This document shows positions 35,796-45,142 of a DNA stretch of 64,000 nucleotides, piece after piece. The DNA lies in assembly GCA_965242855.1 (NCBI GenBank), contig OZ251509.1, positions 35,286-99,285 of the forward strand. Direction: 5' to 3'. The stretch comes from Alphaproteobacteria bacterium (GTDB taxonomy: Bacteria; Pseudomonadota; Alphaproteobacteria; UBA828). The notes under the pieces are model-generated. The model saw nothing but the letters and a program-made list of their open reading frames with translations, did not search any database and was not told the DNA's origin. The position numbers and the translations under genes are program-made. Every line of letters begins with the position of its first letter. The stretch's first letter is position 1.

Positions 35796-37133
35796 ATGGG
35801 CCGCAGGAAGCGAGGACGTCGCGCGCCGGGAGCGCGGGCGAAGCGGACCGCCCCGGCGCGGGCGGGCGCGCCGGCAGCGGCCGCCTCCGCCCCCGCCGCC
35901 GCCCGCTGGTACGCGCGCCGCGAAACCCTCGCCGCCCTGGCCCTCGCCCTCCTGGTGGCCGCCAGCTACGGACCCGCCTTCCTCGCCGGCTTCGTCTGGG
36001 ACGACGAAGCGTTCACGGAGGCCGGGGCTGTGCGGGAATTGTCCGGCCTCGGGCGCATCTGGTCCTCTCCCTACGCCATCGAGAACGAGGGGCATTACTG
36101 GCCATTGGTCTATACGAGCTTCTGGCTGGAGCACAAGCTGTGGGGCTACGCCCCGGCCGGCTACCACGTCGTCAACGTCCTCCTCCATCTCGCCAACACC
36201 CTCCTCCTCTGGCGCATCGCACGGCGCCTCCCCCTGCACGGCGCATGGCCCCTCGCCGCCCTGTTCGCCGTCCATCCTCTCCACGTCGAATCCGTCGCCT
36301 GGATCATCGAGCGCAAGGACCTCCTCTCCGGCCTGTTCTATCTCACCGCATTCCTGGCCTGGCTCCGCTTCGCGGAAGAGACCCGGCCCGGACGGGGCGC
36401 ACGGCATTACCTTCTGGCGCTCGCGCTGTTCGCCTTGGGGATGCTGTGCAAGTCCATCGTGGTGACGCTGCCGGCGGCGTTGCTGATCTGGCGCTGGTGG
36501 AAGCGGGGGCGGGTGACGGGCGCCGACCTGCTGCGTCTCGCGCCCTTCGTCGCGGTGGGGGCGGCGATGGCGGCGGCGGACGTGTCGTTCTACAACGTGC
36601 GGGAGCCGGTTTCGCTCGACTATTCGGCGCTGGAGCGCGTGCTGATCGCGTCGCAGGCGCTGTGGTTCTATGTGGGCAAGCTGTTCTGGCCGGGCGGCCT
36701 GGCGGTGATCTATCCGCACTGGGAGGTGAGTGCGGGTGACGCGGTGTCGTGGGTTTACGTGGCGGCGTCTGCGGGTGTTGGGTTGGGCTTGTGGTTTCTG
36801 CGCCGCCGGGTGGGGCGTGGACCGCTGGCGGGTGTGTCGTTTTTCGTGGTGACGCTGTCTCCTGTTCTGGGTTTTGTGGACTACGGCTACATGCAGTTTT
36901 CGTTTGTTGCGGACCGCCACCAGTATCTGGCGGGGATTGGTTTGATGCTGGTGGTTGTGGGAGGGGCGGCCTATGGGGTGGGTCGCCTGCCGTCGGGTCT
37001 GTGGCGGCGGGGAGCGGCGGGCGCGGGTGTGGCAGTGCTGGCGGTGCTGGCGGCGTTGACTTGGCGTCACGCCGAAATCTACCGGGACGAAGTGACCTTC
37101 TTCACCCATATCACCGCGCACAACCCCACGGCG
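35796..37133 (+). repeat. Direct repeat copy 1 (about 1.34 kb) of the tandem TMTC-like duplication
   Basis: Aligns to 37705-39042 at a constant offset of 1909 nt. Long stretches are identical. Confidence 0.85.
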
Positions 37134-37604
37134 CGCGGCGTGCAACAGAATCTCGGCAAGGCCCTGCTCGACGCGCAACGTCCGGAGGAAGCGCTGGCCG
37201 CTTCCCGCGCCGCCGTGGAACACGCGCCGGACGACGTCAAGGCCCATGCCAACGCCGGTGTCGCGCTCATACGCCTGGGCCGGCTCGACGAGGCGGAGGA
37301 ACAGCTGCGCCGCGCCCTGGCGCTCGATCCGCGCCATCCGATCGCCCTCCAGAATCTGGCGGAGTCGCTCAGGAAGCAGGAACGATTCGACGAAGCGCTC
37401 GGCTACTATCGCGCCGCGATCGAGGCGGACGCCGGGAACGCCCTCCCGCACGCCGGCATGGGCCACGCGCTGGTCGGCCTCGGGCGGTACGAGGAAGCCA
37501 TCCGGAGCCTCGACCGGGCGCTGGCGCTGGCGCCGGGGCTGGAATCGGTGCGGGCCATGCGCGAAACGGCGCTGGCGCGCTTGCGGCAGGCGGAGGACCG
37601 TTGA
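35796..37604 (+). CDS. TMTC-like GT-C-fold membrane glycosyltransferase with C-terminal TPR domain (paralog 1)
   Basis: Arg/Lys-rich N-tail. First loop FVWDDEAF (acidic DD/DE motif). About 10 TM helices (HVVNVLLHLANTLLLW..., HPLHVESVAWI...). About 5 TPR repeats at the C-terminus. Confidence 0.75.
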   Translation: MGRRKRGRRAPGARAKRTAPARAGAPAAAASAPAAARWYARRETLAALALALLVAASYGPAFLAGFVWDDEAFTEAGAVRELSGLGRIWSSPYAIENEGHYWPLVYTSFWLEHKLWGYAPAGYHVVNVLLHLANTLLLWRIARRLPLHGAWPLAALFAVHPLHVESVAWIIERKDLLSGLFYLTAFLAWLRFAEETRPGRGARHYLLALALFALGMLCKSIVVTLPAALLIWRWWKRGRVTGADLLRLAPFVAVGAAMAAADVSFYNVREPVSLDYSALERVLIASQALWFYVGKLFWPGGLAVIYPHWEVSAGDAVSWVYVAASAGVGLGLWFLRRRVGRGPLAGVSFFVVTLSPVLGFVDYGYMQFSFVADRHQYLAGIGLMLVVVGGAAYGVGRLPSGLWRRGAAGAGVAVLAVLAALTWRHAEIYRDEVTFFTHITAHNPTARGVQQNLGKALLDAQRPEEALAASRAAVEHAPDDVKAHANAGVALIRLGRLDEAEEQLRRALALDPRHPIALQNLAESLRKQERFDEALGYYRAAIEADAGNALPHAGMGHALVGLGRYEEAIRSLDRALALAPGLESVRAMRETALARLRQAEDR

Positions 37605-37704
37605 GGATGCCGCGTGCTCCATGCGCGGTCCGTCGCGAAACGGGCCGGGTGGCCTCGGTGCGGCGCCCCGACCCGCGGCGGACACGCGGAGAAAGGTGAC
37701 GGCG

Positions 37705-39042
37705 ATGGGCCGCAGGAAGCGAGGACGGCGTGCGCCGGGAGCGCGGGCGAAGCGGACCGCCCCGGCGCGGGCGGGCGCGCCGGCGGTGGTTGCCTCCGCC
37801 CCCGCCGACGCCCGCTGGTACGCGCGCCGCGAGACCCTCGCCGCCCTGGCCCTCGCCCTCCTGGTGGCCGCCAGCTACGGACCCGCCTTCCACGCCGGCT
37901 TCGTCTGGGACGATCGGATTTTCGTCCAGGCCCTCTCCGTCCGGGACCTGGACGGCCTCGGGCGCATCTGGTTCTCGCCTTCGGAGATCAAGGACGAAGG
38001 GCATTACTGGCCATTGGTCTATACGAGCTTCTGGCTGGAGCACAAGCTGTGGGGCTACGCCCCGGCCGGATACCATGTCGTCAACGTCCTCCTCCACCTC
38101 GCCAACACCCTCCTCCTCTGGCGCATCGCACGGCGCCTCCCCCTGCACGGCGCATGGCCCCTCGCCGCCCTGTTCGCCGTCCATCCTCTCCACGTCGAAT
38201 CCGTCGCCTGGATCATCGAGCGCAAGGACCTCCTCTCCGGCCTGTTCTATCTCGCCGCATTCCTGGCCTGGCTCCGCTTCGCGGAAGAGACCCGGCCCGG
38301 ACGGGGCGCACAGCATTACCTCCTGGCGCTCGCGCTGTTCGCCTTGGGGATGCTGTGCAAGTCCATCGTGGTGACGCTGCCGGCGGCGCTGCTGATCTGG
38401 CGCTGGTGGAAGCGGGGACGGGTGACGGGCGCCGACCTGCTGCGTCTCGCGCCCTTCGTCGCGGTGGGGGCGGCGATGGCGGCGGCGGACGTGTCGTTCT
38501 ACAACGTGCGGGAGCCGGTTTCGCTCGACTATTCGGCGCTGGAGCGCGTGCTGATCGCGTCGCAGGCGCTGTGGTTCTATGTGGGCAAGCTGTTCTGGCC
38601 GGGCGGCCTGGCGGTGATCTATTCGCACTGGGAGGTGAGTGCGGGGGACGCGGTTGCGTGGGTTTACGTGGCGGCGTCTGCGGGTGTTGGGTTGGGCTTG
38701 TGGTTTCTGCGCCGCCGGGTGGGGCGTGGACCGCTGGCGGGTGTGTCGTTTTTCGTGGTGACGCTGTCTCCTGTTCTGGGTTTTGTGGACTACGGCTACA
38801 TGCAGTTTTCGTTTGTTGCGGACCGCCACCAGTATCTGGCGGGGATTGGTTTGATGCTGGTGGTTGTGGGAGGGGCGGCCTATGGGGTGGGTCGCCTGCC
38901 GTCGGGTCCGTGGCGGTGGGGGGCGGCGGGCGCGGGTGTGGCGGTGCTGGCGGTGCTGGCGGCGTTGACTTGGCGTCACGCCGCAATCTATCGGGACGGG
39001 GAGACCCTGTTCACCCATATCATCGCGCACAACCCCACGGCA
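37705..39042 (+). repeat. Direct repeat copy 2 (about 1.34 kb) of the tandem TMTC-like duplication
   Basis: See copy 1. Similarity starts exactly at the ATG and decays where the TPR region begins. Confidence 0.85.
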
Positions 39043-39510
39043 CGGTTCGCCCATCGCAATCTGGGCGAGGCCTTGACGGTGGAGGGACGCTGGGAGGAAG
39101 CCCTCGCCGCCTTTCGCGTCGCCGTGGAACACGCGCCGGACGACGACCGAGACCACTCCAACGTGGGCGCCGCGCTGATCATGCTGGATCGTCTCGACGA
39201 GGCCGAGGAGCCGTTCCGCCGCGCTCTGGCGCTCGACCCCAAGTCGGTTTATGCCCTGCAAAATCTGGCCGCGCTGGAGGTCAGGCGGCAACGCTATGGC
39301 GAGGCGCTCGCTCTCTATCGTCGCCTCGTCGAGGTCGATCCCCGCAACCCGAGCGCCCATCACGGCGTGGGCACCGCGCTGTATTACCTGGGAAGGTTCG
39401 ACGCGGCGCTCGAGGCCCTGGAGCGCGCCCTGGACCTGGACCCGATGCGCGACGACATACGCACCAATCGCGACGAGGTGCTGGCGATCCTGCAACGGCG
39501 CGGGCAATGA
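37705..39510 (+). CDS. TMTC-like GT-C-fold membrane glycosyltransferase with C-terminal TPR domain (paralog 2)
   Basis: Same architecture. The membrane domain is nearly identical to paralog 1 and the TPR part is clearly diverged. Confidence 0.75.
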   Translation: MGRRKRGRRAPGARAKRTAPARAGAPAVVASAPADARWYARRETLAALALALLVAASYGPAFHAGFVWDDRIFVQALSVRDLDGLGRIWFSPSEIKDEGHYWPLVYTSFWLEHKLWGYAPAGYHVVNVLLHLANTLLLWRIARRLPLHGAWPLAALFAVHPLHVESVAWIIERKDLLSGLFYLAAFLAWLRFAEETRPGRGAQHYLLALALFALGMLCKSIVVTLPAALLIWRWWKRGRVTGADLLRLAPFVAVGAAMAAADVSFYNVREPVSLDYSALERVLIASQALWFYVGKLFWPGGLAVIYSHWEVSAGDAVAWVYVAASAGVGLGLWFLRRRVGRGPLAGVSFFVVTLSPVLGFVDYGYMQFSFVADRHQYLAGIGLMLVVVGGAAYGVGRLPSGPWRWGAAGAGVAVLAVLAALTWRHAAIYRDGETLFTHIIAHNPTARFAHRNLGEALTVEGRWEEALAAFRVAVEHAPDDDRDHSNVGAALIMLDRLDEAEEPFRRALALDPKSVYALQNLAALEVRRQRYGEALALYRRLVEVDPRNPSAHHGVGTALYYLGRFDAALEALERALDLDPMRDDIRTNRDEVLAILQRRGQ

Positions 39511-39544
39511 GCCGGCGCGGGCGATAGCGGGGGACGCCTCCACG

Positions 39545-41668
39545 ATGGCCCGGAAGAAACGACGATCGGCCGGCAGGGGCGCGCGGCGGCAAGCGGCGCC
39601 CAAGCCGGCACGGCGACCGCCTGCCCCGCCGACGCCGAGGCGGTGGGTGCCGCCGCTCCGCGCGACGCTCCCGGCTCTGCATCCGCTCAGGCCGCGGATG
39701 GACGCCATCGGCATGGCGTTGCTCTTCGTCGGCGCGTTCGCACTCTACGCCGTTTCGGCGCCGCGCACCGTGATGCTGGAGGACGACGGCCTCTTCATCA
39801 CCACTGCGACCTTCGCCGGCGTCGCGCATCCGCCGGGCTATCCGCTCTACGTCCTGTTCGGCTGGCTCGCCTCGCATGTGCCGCTCGGCGAGGTGGCCTG
39901 GCGGGTCCATGCGCTGAGCGGCCTTATGGGCGCGCTCACCTGCGCCTGCATCGCCTGGGTCGTGCTGCGCCGCACCGGCAACCGGCCCGCCGCCTGGCTG
40001 GCCGGCGCGGCGCTCGCGGCCTCCGAGCATTTCTGGTCCCAGGCCATCATCGCCGACGTCTATACGACGAACACCGCGGCGGTGTTTCTGACTCTGGCCC
40101 TCGTGCAGGAAGCGGCGGCGGCGCGGCGCACGCGCCTGTGGATCGCGGCGGCGGCGGTCTACGGCCTGGGCCTCGCCAACCACTATCCACTGCTGATTCT
40201 GGCGAGTCCTCTCTTCGTCGCCTACGCCGTGGGGGCGGGAAGGGATTTCCGACGCCGGATCCCGTATCTGGTTCCGGTCGCCGCGCTCGCCGCGGCCGCC
40301 CTCTACGGCTGGATGGTGTGGCGCTCCCACCAGCCGGCGCCGGTCAATTTCCTCGGTCCGATCGGCTCCTGGGGCGAGTTCCTTTCCTTCGTCGACCGCA
40401 GCATCTATTCGCACATCGACGAGAACCCCAACGCCGGCCTCGCCGACAAGCTGTCCTTCGCTGGGCACTTCCTGGTGCAGGCGCTGCTGCAATTCGGCGT
40501 GATCGGCACCCTCGTCGCGCTGTGGGGCGCGTTCGCGTCCTGCCGGAGCGGCTGGCGCCTCGGGCTCTCCTGCGAAGCGCTCGCCTTCGTGGCCAGCAGT
40601 TTCCTGCTCATCGCCATGCTCGGGTTCAACTACGAGCCGCTCAGGATCTCCACCTTCCGCCCGTACCCGCTGATCGCCTACGGCATCCTCGCGCTCTGGC
40701 TGGGCCATGGGGCGGACGCGCTGACGCGCTGGGTGCGCGTGCGGCGGGCGCGGCTGCTTCCGGCGGCCTACGCGGCGGGCGCGCTCCTGGTGGCGGGTCT
40801 CTGCGCCTGGAACGTCGGGGTCAACTACCGCCCCCACGACAGGTTTGCCGAGGAGCAGGCGCAGGCGCTGCTCGACATCACCGTGAAAGACAGCGTCTTC
40901 GTTCTGTATTCGGACCCGTTCGTGGGCCCCATGTCCTACCTCCACTGGGTGAAAGGACTGCGCCCGGACCTGCGGTTGCTGGAGTATCACGGCGTCTACA
41001 TCGACGATCGGGTCGTGCGCCCGTTGTCGTCCACGAAGCGGAAGACCGCCGACTGGGCCGCGTTCCTCCGGGATGCGGACCGGCCGGTGTATTCCCTCTG
41101 GTACGGCCCGGCCTTCTCGGCGGCGGGGCTCGCCCATCTGGGATTCTTCGTGCAGGTCCACGAGGACGCCGGACCGGGGCGGATCGAAATCAGGGGCAAC
41201 GACAAGGCCAAGGCGTATTTCAGGAAGCTGATCGAGATGCCACCGCCGGCGGACATGCCGACCGCCATCCACCGCAACGAAATGTTACGCGCCTACGGCG
41301 AATATCTGGGCCTCGCGCAGGTGAACGGGCAATCTCCGATGAACGCTTACGTGACGGACGTCCTGCCGCTGGCGGAAGGCAATTACTGGTCGCTGATCGG
41401 CATGTCCAAGGCGCTCGTGACGCAGCCGGGCGAGCGAGCGCTGCGGCTGGCGGACTCCTACTTGCGCAAGGCCAAGCAGATCGCGGAGGACGACCGCGGC
41501 AAGGAGGCCCTGGCGACGGTGCTCTTCGTGGAGGGGCAGGTCGAGCGGCGGAAAGGCGATGCCGATCGGGCGCGGGCGCTCTTCCGCGAGTCCTTGCGGA
41601 TCGACCGGAGCGACTCCAACCCGTCTCGAGAGGCGCTCGCGGCGCTGGAGGCCGCCGCGCCGGAGTAG
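39545..41668 (+). CDS. DUF2723 (TMEM260-like) GT-C-fold membrane glycosyltransferase with C-terminal helical-repeat domain
   Basis: Arg/Lys-rich N-tail. VMLEDDGLFITTATFAGVAHPPGYPLY hallmark of DUF2723. About 11 TM helices. C-terminal soluble TPR-like part. Confidence 0.7.
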   Translation: MARKKRRSAGRGARRQAAPKPARRPPAPPTPRRWVPPLRATLPALHPLRPRMDAIGMALLFVGAFALYAVSAPRTVMLEDDGLFITTATFAGVAHPPGYPLYVLFGWLASHVPLGEVAWRVHALSGLMGALTCACIAWVVLRRTGNRPAAWLAGAALAASEHFWSQAIIADVYTTNTAAVFLTLALVQEAAAARRTRLWIAAAAVYGLGLANHYPLLILASPLFVAYAVGAGRDFRRRIPYLVPVAALAAAALYGWMVWRSHQPAPVNFLGPIGSWGEFLSFVDRSIYSHIDENPNAGLADKLSFAGHFLVQALLQFGVIGTLVALWGAFASCRSGWRLGLSCEALAFVASSFLLIAMLGFNYEPLRISTFRPYPLIAYGILALWLGHGADALTRWVRVRRARLLPAAYAAGALLVAGLCAWNVGVNYRPHDRFAEEQAQALLDITVKDSVFVLYSDPFVGPMSYLHWVKGLRPDLRLLEYHGVYIDDRVVRPLSSTKRKTADWAAFLRDADRPVYSLWYGPAFSAAGLAHLGFFVQVHEDAGPGRIEIRGNDKAKAYFRKLIEMPPPADMPTAIHRNEMLRAYGEYLGLAQVNGQSPMNAYVTDVLPLAEGNYWSLIGMSKALVTQPGERALRLADSYLRKAKQIAEDDRGKEALATVLFVEGQVERRKGDADRARALFRESLRIDRSDSNPSREALAALEAAAPE

Positions 41669-41695
41669 CGCGGGGCGGGGGAGCGAGAAAGCCGC

Positions 41696-43426
41696 ATGGC
41701 GAGGGCGAAGAAGCGGAGGAAAGGCGCGGCGCGAAGGGCGCGGCGCACGGTGGAGCGGCCCCGGCTGGAACGAGGCGCGCCGGCGCGCCTCGGCAGGGCC
41801 GCGCGCGTCGCGCCGGAGGTGCTGCTGCATCCGCAGGCGCCCGCGGAGCCGGTGTGGAAATACCTGTGGCCCGTGCTCGCGCTGGCCTTCGCCGCGCGCG
41901 CGGCCGTCGCCCTCTCCGGCGACTTCGCGACGCACCCGGACGAGATCATGCAGTACCTGGAGCAGGCGCACCGCCTGGTCTTCGGCAACGGCATCGTCCA
42001 CTGGGAGCAGTTCTACGGCGCCCGCTCATGGCTGGTGCCGGGCCTCGTCGCCGGCGTATTGGCGCTGTTCGACGCCGTGGGCCTCGGCCAGCCGGTCTGG
42101 TACGTCGGCGGCGTCAAGCTCGTCTTCTGCGCGCTTTCCCTGGCGGTCCCGGCGGGGATGTATTTCTTCGCGCGCGGGCATTTCGGCGAGGGCGCGGCGC
42201 GGGTCGCGCTGCTGGCCGGTGCCTTCTGGTACGAGCTGGTCGGCTTCGCCCACAAGCCGATGACCGAGTTCGTGGCCACCGGCCTGCTGATGGCGTTGCT
42301 GGCGCTGTGCGTGCGGCCCGGCCCGGTCCGGCCGGGGATCGTCTGGCCGGCGGCCTTGCTCGCGGTGCTGGCCGCGGCGGTGCGGATGCAATACGCCCCG
42401 CTCGCACTCGCGCTGCTCGTCCTGCTCTTCCTGCGGGCCGGCGGGGCGTCCGGGGAAGGCGGCGCGTGGTGGCGGGGCGCGCGGGCGCAGCTCGCGCTCG
42501 CCGCGGTCCTGTTCTTCCTCGCGGTCGGTGCGTTCGACGCGGCGACATGGGACGCCGAGTTGTTCCACTCCTATCTCGCCAATCTGCGGTTCAATCTGGC
42601 GCTGGAGGAGGCGCGCGCAGGTTCAAGCCCGCCCTGGCAGTATCTGTGGTGGTCCCTGCTCACCGCGGCGGGGCTGAGCGCGCTCTGCCTGGCGCCGTCG
42701 GTGCGTGAGCCGCGCCGCTACGGGCTTCTCCTCGGGCTCGTCGTCCTGGCGCTGCTCGTCCATTCCGCGGAGGCGCACAAGGAGTACCGCTTCGTCTTCG
42801 TCGTGATCCCGCTCTGGCTGCTGATCGGCGCCGACGCGGCAGTGCGGCTCGCCACCCGCCGGCGGGCGTGGGTCCTCGGCGCGGCCGGCGCTGCGTTCAC
42901 GGCGGTTTCCATGGCCGGGCTCCTGAACGCCCTTCCCCGCCAGGACGACGCCTACAGGCTGATCTTCGCACCGGAGGAGACCCCCGTCAGGTTCGTCCGC
43001 GACCGGGATCCCCTCTTCGCCGTCTACCGTTATCTCGCTGAGGCGCCCGGCATCCTCGCCGTGTGGCACATCGACCGCCACTATCACGCCCTTCCCGGCT
43101 ATTACTACCTCCACCGCAAGATACCGCTTTACGACGCCACCACCGGCGCCGGCCTCATCGGTACGGACATGCCGACGGTCCTGGCTTCGGTCAGCCACAT
43201 CCTGTCCTCGGATCCGGGCCTTTCCGCCCCCGGCTACGCGGAGGAGCGGACCTTCGGCGACCTCCGCATCCTGCGCCGCGTGGAGAACGACACGCCCGTC
43301 CGCCGCTGGCGCGAATTCACGCCGACCGTGACCGAAGCATCGGCCGACCGGATCATGCCCCGGCTCTACCCCGACGCCCCGGCGCCGCCGGCCGATTTCG
43401 GGATCCGCTTCGTCGCGCCGGAATGA
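41696..43426 (+). CDS. GT22-family (Alg9/PIG-B-like) mannosyltransferase-like membrane protein
   Basis: Arg/Lys-rich N-tail. HPDEIMQYLEQAHRLVFGNGIVHWEQFYGARSW matches the GT22 N-terminal HPDE..Q.lE....G....WE....RS motif. Multiple TM helices. Confidence 0.7.
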   Translation: MARAKKRRKGAARRARRTVERPRLERGAPARLGRAARVAPEVLLHPQAPAEPVWKYLWPVLALAFAARAAVALSGDFATHPDEIMQYLEQAHRLVFGNGIVHWEQFYGARSWLVPGLVAGVLALFDAVGLGQPVWYVGGVKLVFCALSLAVPAGMYFFARGHFGEGAARVALLAGAFWYELVGFAHKPMTEFVATGLLMALLALCVRPGPVRPGIVWPAALLAVLAAAVRMQYAPLALALLVLLFLRAGGASGEGGAWWRGARAQLALAAVLFFLAVGAFDAATWDAELFHSYLANLRFNLALEEARAGSSPPWQYLWWSLLTAAGLSALCLAPSVREPRRYGLLLGLVVLALLVHSAEAHKEYRFVFVVIPLWLLIGADAAVRLATRRRAWVLGAAGAAFTAVSMAGLLNALPRQDDAYRLIFAPEETPVRFVRDRDPLFAVYRYLAEAPGILAVWHIDRHYHALPGYYYLHRKIPLYDATTGAGLIGTDMPTVLASVSHILSSDPGLSAPGYAEERTFGDLRILRRVENDTPVRRWREFTPTVTEASADRIMPRLYPDAPAPPADFGIRFVAPE

Positions 43427-43438
43427 CGGCCCGCCCGG

Positions 43439-44563
43439 CTACGCCGGGGGCGGCGTCTCGCGGAACGTCCAGCGGGAGTTCACGAGGTAGTTGAACACCG
43501 TGGCCGGCAGGATGGCGCAGGCTTGCAGCGGGACGGGCGGGACTCGCGGAAAGAGCACCGACAGGCCCACGAAGGTGGCGTAGCTCAACGCCAGCGTCGC
43601 CAGCGCGACGACGTGGAACTTCAGGCCGCGGGCCCGCTTGCGGCCGGTCATCACCCGGTCGGCGAAGGTCCAGTAGTTGTTCATCAGGAAGTTGGAGATG
43701 ATCGAGAGCTCGATCGCGACCGGCGACGCCAGAAGCTTGTGCAGCCCGAGCTCGAGCAGGATCTGGAGGGAGCCGAGATTGACCAGCACGCCGGCGAGAC
43801 CCGTCAGACCGTAGCGGACGAGGATCCGGTGACGCGCCAGGCGCAGCCGCCAGACGCCCCAGAAGAACTCCAGGATGCCGCCCATGCCGAGCTTCGTCCG
43901 TCCGTGCGCGCGGTCGCGGAAAAGGATCGGCTCTTCGACGACCCGCGCGCCGGCGGCGAGCAGGCGGTGCAGAAGCACCACCTGGAAGGCATGGCCGCGC
44001 GCCTGGATGTCCCCCACCTTCGCGGCCCTGAGCGCCTCCGCCCGGATCGCCTTGAAGCCCGAGGTGCAATCGTGGACGCCCCGCACGCCGGCGATCCGCC
44101 GGGCGAGGCGGTTGCCCCACCGGGAGAGCAGCCGCCGCCCGGCGGGCCAGCGCGAATCGAGCCGGCCGCCGGCCGTGTAGCGGCTGCCGATTGCCACGTC
44201 CGCGCCGTCCGCGAGGCGAGCCAGCAGCCGGCGCGCGTCGGCCGGATCGTGCGAGAAGTCGGCGTCCATCTGCACGATCACGCCCGCGCCGAGGATCTCC
44301 AGGGCGTGGGACATCCCCCTCACATAGGCCCGCCCCAGCCCGCGTCGCGGGCCTTCGAGGAGGCGGACGCGACCGTCCGACTCGGCGAACGCCCGGACCA
44401 GGCGGGCGGTGCCGTCCGGGCTCTCGTCGTCCACGACCAGGAACGTGATGTCCGGCTCCGCATACAACCCGGTCACGCGCCGCAGCAGCGGCTCGATGTT
44501 CGGTGCCTCGTTGAAGGTGGGAATGACGAAGCATACGCCGGCCCCCGGCGTGTCCCGGCCCAA
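43439..44563 (-). CDS. Polyprenyl-phosphate hexose (mannose) synthase-like GT2 fused to a GtrA-like membrane domain
   Basis: CFVIPTFNEAPNI...VVDDESPDGT...QMDADFSHDP (DPM1/Ppm1-like). The C-terminal 4-TM domain has the GtrA-type NFLMNNYWTF motif. Confidence 0.8.
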   Translation of the reverse strand: MGRDTPGAGVCFVIPTFNEAPNIEPLLRRVTGLYAEPDITFLVVDDESPDGTARLVRAFAESDGRVRLLEGPRRGLGRAYVRGMSHALEILGAGVIVQMDADFSHDPADARRLLARLADGADVAIGSRYTAGGRLDSRWPAGRRLLSRWGNRLARRIAGVRGVHDCTSGFKAIRAEALRAAKVGDIQARGHAFQVVLLHRLLAAGARVVEEPILFRDRAHGRTKLGMGGILEFFWGVWRLRLARHRILVRYGLTGLAGVLVNLGSLQILLELGLHKLLASPVAIELSIISNFLMNNYWTFADRVMTGRKRARGLKFHVVALATLALSYATFVGLSVLFPRVPPVPLQACAILPATVFNYLVNSRWTFRETPPPA

Positions 44564-44679
44564 TGCGGCGGCTCCTCCTCGTGCAGGGAACGGCCTCGCG
44601 GCTCGGCCCGATCATACGCGAAACCCGTCGCTTCGCCGCCGAGCGCCGCGGACTCCCGATCGCGGGCGATCCAGGATAG

Positions 44680-45063
<384 letters not shown>

Positions 45064-45142
45064 GCGCGGCCTGTATGCGCGGCCGGCCCGCGGCCCGCGT
45101 TCCTCCGGACGGGATCACGACCAGGACAATGGAGCTGCCGCC

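Noticed and set aside
35700-42708. Very long alternate-frame ORFs over the glycosyltransferase cluster (35700..37685(-), 37369..39714(-), 37614..39527(+), 39281..41272(-), 39643..42708(+))
   Set aside because: Their translations are Arg/Pro/Gly-rich with no hydrophobic periodicity. The chosen frames give coherent polytopic membrane proteins with GT-C motifs.
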